From Candidatus Bathyarchaeota archaeon (GTDB lineage: Archaea; Thermoproteota; CALKCG01; B24; DRYS01), in contig JAGTQC010000005.1 of NCBI GenBank assembly GCA_018396535.1, forward strand, positions 32,001 through 96,000: a stretch of DNA of 64,000 bases, read 5' to 3'. The stretch's first letter is position 1. Every line of letters begins with the position of its first letter. The translations under genes were made by a program, and so were the position numbers. The notes beneath the pieces were generated by a model. The model ran no database searches. It saw only the letters and a list, made by a program, of their open reading frames with translations, and was not told the origin of the DNA. This document shows positions 58,074 through 64,000 of the stretch, piece after piece.

Positions 58074-59225
58074 ATGGAAGCTACGCTTATCGAAACACCT
58101 CTAGGAATACTACTACTAGATAATGATGGTAGATTCATCGATGGGGAGAGGTTTAGAAGCGTAGATGAAGCTATAGATAGGCTTAGACGTATAAGTCGAG
58201 GTGAGACTGTAGAGGAGCTTAGAACCCTACTCGAGAGATGGGTTGATAGGATAAAGATATTGAAAGTCTCTTCAGACGATATAGCCTCGAATCTGAGAGG
58301 GGAATTCGGTTTCGATATAACCGTAGATAAGGCTAATCCTGTATGGAGGATGTATAATAGGAAATCTGTAGAGATACTTAGAGAGATCGGCTGGGTTAGA
58401 GATGCTAGAGAGTATGCGAATATCAAGAGGGAGGTTGGGTTACTACTCGCAGAGAAGGTTATCTCCGAAGCTCTAGCATCTAGGGATCTACTGATAATAC
58501 AGTGTGCATCAGCTATCGATGATCTAGCTGAAATCATAAATATGCTCTGGAGTAGGCTTAGAGAATGGTATGGTATACATTTCCCAGAGCTCGAGAAGAT
58601 AGTAGATGAAATCGAACTATACGCGAAGATAGTGCATAGTATCGGAGGTAGAAGTAATTTTACAGAGGAGAAGCTATCCGAGCTTAAGATCTCTAGATCT
58701 AAAGCTGCGGATATAATCGAAGCAGCCATAAACTCTCTAGGTGGTGATATAGGTGAAGCAGACTTAAGACAGATAGCTGAACTAGCGTATACGATACTAC
58801 AGCTTATAGCCCTCCGCGAAAGGCTAGTAGGCTATCTAGAAGATTCTATGCGTAGGGAAGCCCCGAATATTACAGGTTTAGTCGGCCCTATCATAGGAGC
58901 TAAGCTTATAGCTAAAGCTGGAGGTTTAGAGAAGCTTGCGAAGATGCCTGCTAGTACTATACAAGTTTTAGGTGCGGAGAAAGCGTTATTCAGAGCTATT
59001 AGAAGTGGTGGAAAACCTCCTAAGCATGGGATAATATTCCAGCATACCTTAATCCATCAGGCGCCTAAGAAGATACGTGGAAAGATAGCGAGAGCTCTTG
59101 CAGCTAAGCTAGCTATAGCTGCGAGAGTAGACTACTATACAAAGGAGGATATAAGTGAGAAGCTTAGGAGAGAGTTGAACGAGAGGGTAAAGGAGATTAG
59201 ATCAGCCTACATAGAGAAGGGTTAA
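58074..59225 (+). CDS. nop5: C/D box RNP protein Nop5 (Nop56/58)
   Basis: REWYGIHFPEL, PASTIQVLGAEKALF and PPKHG motifs. Confidence 0.97.
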   Translation: MEATLIETPLGILLLDNDGRFIDGERFRSVDEAIDRLRRISRGETVEELRTLLERWVDRIKILKVSSDDIASNLRGEFGFDITVDKANPVWRMYNRKSVEILREIGWVRDAREYANIKREVGLLLAEKVISEALASRDLLIIQCASAIDDLAEIINMLWSRLREWYGIHFPELEKIVDEIELYAKIVHSIGGRSNFTEEKLSELKISRSKAADIIEAAINSLGGDIGEADLRQIAELAYTILQLIALRERLVGYLEDSMRREAPNITGLVGPIIGAKLIAKAGGLEKLAKMPASTIQVLGAEKALFRAIRSGGKPPKHGIIFQHTLIHQAPKKIRGKIARALAAKLAIAARVDYYTKEDISEKLRRELNERVKEIRSAYIEKG

Positions 59226-59347
59226 CCCTCTAATGGATAGATGATATCTGTAGCCTACTAACTCGTATACTAGCTAATCTAATCGTCTAGGGGGAGCAAT
59301 ATTTAAACGTAGATAATCGTCATAAATCTATGTAGCGGGATTAATCT

Positions 59348-60040
59348 ATGGTGAAGATCGAGCCTTTAAAGGATATAGAGGGTGTATACAGGGTTCTAGG
59401 ATTAAAACCTGCTAGGATAGCTACACGTAACCTTACGCCTGGGCGTCAAGTATACGGTGAGAAGCTTATAGTATACGAGGGTGTAGAGTATAGGGTTTGG
59501 GATCCATATAGGAGTAAATTCTCAGCTGCTATACTTAAGGGTCTCAACAGGCTGCCTATAGGTAGAGGATCTAGGATACTATACCTAGGCGCAGCTACAG
59601 GTACCACTTCGAGTCACGTATCCGATATAGTAGGCGATGAGGGTGTAGTATACTGTGTAGAATTCTCTGCTAGAGCTCTCAGAGAGCTTGTGATGAACGT
59701 AGCTAGGTATAGGGAGAATATGGTTCCAATCCTAAGCGATGCACGTCTACCCGAAGCTTACCGCTTCATAGTGGATGAAGTTGATGGGATATACTGCGAT
59801 ATAGCTCAACCCGAGCAAGCTAGAGTTTTAGCAGATAACGCTGACCTATATCTCAAGCCGGGTGGCTTCATACTACTAGCGGTTAAAGCTAGGAGTATAG
59901 ATGTGAAGAAATCGCCTAAGGAGATATACGAGAGAGAAGTGAATATACTTAAGGAGAGGGGGTTCAAGATACGTAGTGTGATAAACATAGAATCCTACCA
60001 TAAGGATCATGTTATGGTCTACGCCACTTACAAACCTTGA
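59348..60040 (+). CDS. flpA: Fibrillarin 2'-O-methyltransferase
   Basis: VYGE, WDPYRSK, LYLGAATGTT.SHVSD and DIAQP motifs. Confidence 0.97.
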   Translation: MVKIEPLKDIEGVYRVLGLKPARIATRNLTPGRQVYGEKLIVYEGVEYRVWDPYRSKFSAAILKGLNRLPIGRGSRILYLGAATGTTSSHVSDIVGDEGVVYCVEFSARALRELVMNVARYRENMVPILSDARLPEAYRFIVDEVDGIYCDIAQPEQARVLADNADLYLKPGGFILLAVKARSIDVKKSPKEIYEREVNILKERGFKIRSVINIESYHKDHVMVYATYKP

Positions 60041-61245
60041 TACACCATCAACTCGGCTATCCTATAGTAGAGATATTTGAGGGGAAGGTTAGACTAATCC
60101 TACCAGAGGTATCTCTAAAAAGTAGCATCCCCCCTAAAACTCCTGTATTCTACAACCCCGCTATGGCGAGAAGCCGGGATATAGGCGTACTATTTATTAG
60201 AGTTTGCGAAGATCTACCGGGTGGGGGGTTAAGCGTATGTGATGCATTGGCAGGATCGGGTGTGAGAGGGCTGAGATACCTTATAGAGACATCTAGGGTT
60301 GGACACCTCGTATCGAACGATATAAGTAGAGAAGCTGTTAAACTGATCTCAGTAAACGTCAATGTAAACGGTGTATCTGATAGGGTAACTATAGAGAATC
60401 GCGATGCGAATAGTCTACTAGCAGACTATGCTTCTAGAGGAGAGCGGTTCCATATTGTAGATATAGACCCCTTCGGCTCACCTGCAAACTATATAGGTAA
60501 CGCTATAATGGCAGTACGCGGTAGAGGTATCCTAGCAGCTACGGCTACAGATACGGCGCCGCTTTCAGGAGTATATCCTAAGACATGTCTTAGGCGGTAT
60601 GGAGCTATATCCATTAAGACAGAGTTCTATCATGAAGTCGGTTTGAGAATACTGGTAGGATATATAGCGAGGATTGGTCTAACCTACGATCTAGGAGTAG
60701 ATAACCTCTTAGCCTATAGAGAATTACACTATTTTAGATGCTATGTAAGGGTTGAACCTGGGGTTCGTAGAGCTGAGAAAACTCTAGATAACATAGGTTT
60801 CATAACATACTGTAGTACATGTATGTATAGGAGGAGTATACCGTTGGTAGACGCTGCTCTCCGTAGCAGCCCCAGTTTAACAGTATGCCCTCTATGTAGC
60901 TCTAACCTAAACTTCATAGGGCCCCTATGGATTGGTAGGCTGGCTTCGCCAAGCTTATGTAGGAGTATGGTGGAGGAGATCGAGAGAACGGTCGTAACAG
61001 ATAGGGATCATATAACTAGGCTTCTATCATATCTAGAATACGAGGCATCTATGCCTCCGACATACTATACACTAGATCGTATAGCGTCTAAGCTTAGAGT
61101 AGAAACACCAAGCTTCGAAAAGATCAGAGATATAATCATAGGGGAGGGCTACAGATTCTCTAGAACACACTTCGATCCTAAAGGGTTTAAAACAGATATG
61201 GATCCGATAACTCTACTAGAATTGTTGAGGAGACACCTAGAATGA
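60037..61245 (+). CDS. trm1: tRNA (guanine-26-N2)-dimethyltransferase
   Basis: VFYNP, SGVRGLRY, DIDPFGSP, TATD, GPLW and SRTHF motifs. Confidence 0.95.
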   Translation: MIHHQLGYPIVEIFEGKVRLILPEVSLKSSIPPKTPVFYNPAMARSRDIGVLFIRVCEDLPGGGLSVCDALAGSGVRGLRYLIETSRVGHLVSNDISREAVKLISVNVNVNGVSDRVTIENRDANSLLADYASRGERFHIVDIDPFGSPANYIGNAIMAVRGRGILAATATDTAPLSGVYPKTCLRRYGAISIKTEFYHEVGLRILVGYIARIGLTYDLGVDNLLAYRELHYFRCYVRVEPGVRRAEKTLDNIGFITYCSTCMYRRSIPLVDAALRSSPSLTVCPLCSSNLNFIGPLWIGRLASPSLCRSMVEEIERTVVTDRDHITRLLSYLEYEASMPPTYYTLDRIASKLRVETPSFEKIRDIIIGEGYRFSRTHFDPKGFKTDMDPITLLELLRRHLE

Positions 61246-61271
61246 TCGTATAGTAGAATCTGTATGTATAG

Positions 61272-61637
61272 CTAGTCTACTAGACTCTCTCCTTGACGGA
61301 GTATCCACTCTTCTAGGAGTTTACATTTTAGGTGGGATGAATCGCCTCCGATACCGCATAGTGAATCCTTCTCGCATAGTATACATGGCGCGGATTCTAT
61401 AGATAGTCGACTAGGCTTATTATCCACTATCATAATCCTATACGTCCATCTATTAGATTGAAGGATACGTTCCCTCCTTATCAAACCCTTCCTCTCTAGA
61501 TTCAGGACTATCCTCGCCACCTCTTTACTTGTTACACCCAGCATCTTCCATAGATTACTCTGTAGTACCCCATCCTTTGAGCTTCTTATAATCTCCAGAG
61601 CCTTCTTCTCTAACTCCTCCCCGCTTCTTCTAGCCAT
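61272..61637 (-). CDS. TFE-beta / RPC34-like wHTH protein with C-terminal Fe-S Cys cluster
   Basis: GVLQSNLWK wHTH plus PCILC..C...C..L.EW. Confidence 0.8.
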   Translation of the reverse strand: MARRSGEELEKKALEIIRSSKDGVLQSNLWKMLGVTSKEVARIVLNLERKGLIRRERILQSNRWTYRIMIVDNKPSRLSIESAPCILCEKDSLCGIGGDSSHLKCKLLEEWILRQGESLVD

Positions 61638-61755
61638 AACCTACATCTAATAGTCCGCCTCGATACTAGATAAGCCTTTCCAGTATGGGGTAAGCCTCTC
61701 CCTAGGTAATGTTTAAAGATATCGTTATCCACTCTAATATCACTGGATCTAAGCT

Positions 61756-62157
61756 TTGAGCGAGTCGACGGATATAGAGTTTGAGAATATAAAAAGACGT
61801 ATGCTAGCTAAACTTCAGAAGAAGATAGCATCTAGTGAAGGTGTACAGCATAGGGAGGAGCTGAATCCTGAGAAATATGTCGAAAATAATCTTGAAGGTA
61901 AAGCTGTAGAGATACTCGAATACTTTAAGCAGCAGTATCCAAACAATGTGTATAAGGCTGTAGTAGAAGCTATAGCTAAAGCTATGATGCGGGGGGTTAT
62001 CCCTAAACCCCTCGATGCTGTAACACTATATAATATACTTTTGAATCTAGGTTTAAGAGTTAGACTTCCTAGCCGAATCTATGTAGCTAAGAAGGGTGAG
62101 GTTAAAGACTTCTCCGAATATCTTAGGGAGAAGCTATCAGAGGAGTCTGGTACATAG
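61756..62157 (+). CDS. PDCD5-like dsDNA-binding domain protein (divergent, C-terminally extended)
   Basis: DxEFENIKRRML N-helix; L...A.E.L....QYP; LYNIL..LG.RVR. Confidence 0.6.
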   Translation: MSESTDIEFENIKRRMLAKLQKKIASSEGVQHREELNPEKYVENNLEGKAVEILEYFKQQYPNNVYKAVVEAIAKAMMRGVIPKPLDAVTLYNILLNLGLRVRLPSRIYVAKKGEVKDFSEYLREKLSEESGT

Positions 62158-62258
62158 TAAGCCTATGATATTAAGCTGTATTTAGTCTGGGATAATATTT
62201 AAATGAGTGTTTTTCAGTCTCTTATACTAATAGCTAAGGTTTATGGAGAAGTCTAGGT

Positions 62259-63503
62259 ATGATTACTAAAAGTTCCTCAAAGGATATAGGTAGAGTTGTG
62301 CTAGCGTTTTCAGGTGGATTAGATACATCTGTAGCTGTTGTATGGCTTAGAGAGAAGTATGGAGTGGATGTTATAACAGTGACGGTAGATGTAGGTCAAA
62401 ACGAAGATTTTAAAGAGGTAGAAGCTAAAGCGGAGAAGCTGGGGGCTATCAAGCATTATACGTTAGATTGTAAAAGAGAGTTTATCGATGAATACGTGTT
62501 CAAATCTGTTAAAGCTAACGGTTTATATCAAGGTGAATACCCGCTTAGCAGTGCTTTATCGAGGCCGCTTATAGCATCTAAGTGTGTGGATATAGCTTTA
62601 AGAGAGGGGGCGGATGCCATAGCTCATGGATGTACAGGTAAGGGTAATGATCAACTAAGATTTGAGATCACGATAAAGTCTCTAGCACCAGATCTTAAAG
62701 TATTAGCACCAGTGAGGGAATGGGGCTTTAATAGAGATTGGGAGGTAGAGTATGCGTTAAAGCATGGCATACCTATAAAACCTAAGAGGGAGAGATATAG
62801 CATAGATGTGAATCTATGGGGTAGATCGATAGAGTGCGGTCCACTAGAAGATATATCCTCAGATCCACCTGAGGATGTATTCGAATGGACCAATCCGCCA
62901 TGGAAGGCTCCAGATAAACCTGAAGAAGTCTCTATAAAATTCGAGGATGGTATACCTAAAGCTATAAACGGAGAGGAGATGGATGGGGTTAAGCTGGTAT
63001 CCTTCTTGAATAATCTAGCTGGATTGCATGGTATAGGACGTATAGACCATGTAGAGGATAGGACTACTGGTATAAAGACTCGTGAAGTATATGAAGCCCC
63101 CGCAGCTACATGTATACTTAAAGCACATAAGGATCTTGAAAAACTAGTGTTAACTGGACGCGAATTAAGGTTTAAGGAGCAGGTCGATGTGGAGTGGTGT
63201 AGCCTTGTATATACTGGTTTATGGATGGATCCGCTTAGGGAAGCTTTAGATGCCTTCATAGATACGATCGAGAAGAGAGTTTGCGGTGAGATAACTCTCA
63301 GAATGTATAAAGGCTCCGTTACGATTGTATCGAGGAAGTCGGAGTATAGTCTATACGATGTAGATCTAGCAAGCTATAGTAGTAGCAGCCTATTCGATCA
63401 GAGGTGGGCTGAAGGATTCATAACATTATGGGGTCTACCTACAATCCTCGCTAATCGGGTTTCTCGAAAAAAGTTATCTATCAGATATGCTTATGGGGGG
63501 TGA
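62259..63503 (+). CDS. argG: Argininosuccinate synthase
   Basis: LAFSGGLDTS, HGCTGKGNDQ, YSIDVNLWG and GIKTREVYE motifs. Confidence 0.97.
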   Translation: MITKSSSKDIGRVVLAFSGGLDTSVAVVWLREKYGVDVITVTVDVGQNEDFKEVEAKAEKLGAIKHYTLDCKREFIDEYVFKSVKANGLYQGEYPLSSALSRPLIASKCVDIALREGADAIAHGCTGKGNDQLRFEITIKSLAPDLKVLAPVREWGFNRDWEVEYALKHGIPIKPKRERYSIDVNLWGRSIECGPLEDISSDPPEDVFEWTNPPWKAPDKPEEVSIKFEDGIPKAINGEEMDGVKLVSFLNNLAGLHGIGRIDHVEDRTTGIKTREVYEAPAATCILKAHKDLEKLVLTGRELRFKEQVDVEWCSLVYTGLWMDPLREALDAFIDTIEKRVCGEITLRMYKGSVTIVSRKSEYSLYDVDLASYSSSSLFDQRWAEGFITLWGLPTILANRVSRKKLSIRYAYGG

Positions 63504-63509
63504 GTAGGT

Positions 63510-63683
63510 ATGCAGATTAAATGTCCTGAATGTGATGGTGATATACCGGTACCCGAAGATGTGGTTCCAGGAGAAATAGTTCCATGCCCAGATTGCGGAT
63601 CTGAGTTTGAAGTGTATCTAGGTAGTGATGGAAGTATAGAGCTGAAACCTGTAGAGATAGAGGGTGAGGATTGGGGAGAATAA
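63510..63683 (+). CDS. lysW: Amino-group carrier protein LysW (57 aa, not in ORF track)
   Basis: Manual translation MQIKCPECDG...PCPDCG...EGEDWGE, with the hallmark C-terminal EDWGE. Confidence 0.97.
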   Translation: MQIKCPECDGDIPVPEDVVPGEIVPCPDCGSEFEVYLGSDGSIELKPVEIEGEDWGE

Positions 63684-63704
63684 AGTCTAGGGAGTAGGAA
63701 AGGT

Positions 63705-64000
63705 TTGAGGATCGTATTGAAGATAGGTGGAAGCCTATTAGCCGAAGGGGTTGAAGAAACAGAGCTAGCCTCAGATATAGAGAGGATAGCTTCAGAGCAT
63801 AGCTTAGTTATAGTTCATGGAGGAGGAAGGGATGTAACTCATGTATGTGAGCGTATGGGTAAGAAGCCTATCTTCGTAACATCACCTGAAGGATTTAGGA
63901 GTAGATACACGGATCTAGAAACTCTAGAGATATACGTTATGGTTATGGCTGGGAAGGTTAACAAAGAGCTTGTAGCATACCTTAGGAGCAGAGGATTGAA
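63705..64000 (+). CDS. lysZ: [LysW]-aminoadipate/glutamate kinase (partial; runs off the window)
   Basis: TTG start; RIVLKIGGS...IVHGGG...FVTSPEGFRSRYTD. Confidence 0.92.
   Translation, partial: MRIVLKIGGSLLAEGVEETELASDIERIASEHSLVIVHGGGRDVTHVCERMGKKPIFVTSPEGFRSRYTDLETLEIYVMVMAGKVNKELVAYLRSRGL

Noticed and set aside
42533-58074. Integrated element with attL/attR at tRNA-Thr (also checked for the initiator tRNA)
   Set aside because: No duplicate of either tRNA 3' end was spotted by eye and no integrase is present.
1-64000. CRISPR array, rRNA, transposase or integrase
   Set aside because: No regularly spaced direct repeats, rRNA-like stretch or recombinase/transposase motifs were seen.

Overview
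A gene-dense archaeal chromosome segment from a TACK-superphylum archaeon. The gene content (Tes, TFE-beta, multi-OB RPA, LysW pathway, RACo, OPT-like transporter) is most consistent with a Bathyarchaeia-like lineage, which is an inference. Core blocks are argF-dtdA-secE-spt5-rpl11, rpl1-rpl10-rpl12, rps27e-eIF2a-nop10-PAC2, the RNase P/proteasome/exosome superoperon, nop5-fibrillarin-trm1 and argG-lysW-lysZ. There are two tRNAs (initiator Met and Thr-TGT), and each is followed by an accessory metabolic block (13.6-24.9 kb and 42.7-58 kb). No CRISPR array, rRNA, transposase or integrase was found. Four genes missing from the ORF track were recovered by hand: secE, rpl12 (apparent CTG start), lysW and the start of lysZ. 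The best candidate for an undescribed system is a wHTH + ATP-cone + class III ribonucleotide reductase fusion that appears catalytically dead, lies between pyrH and pyrI, and may be a nucleotide-sensing regulator. Other candidates are a sugar/amino-sugar catabolic island whose enzymes carry altered active-site motifs, a class III aminotransferase lacking its catalytic lysine, and a double-length atypical transaldolase. All calls are from motif recognition by eye; no database searches were run.
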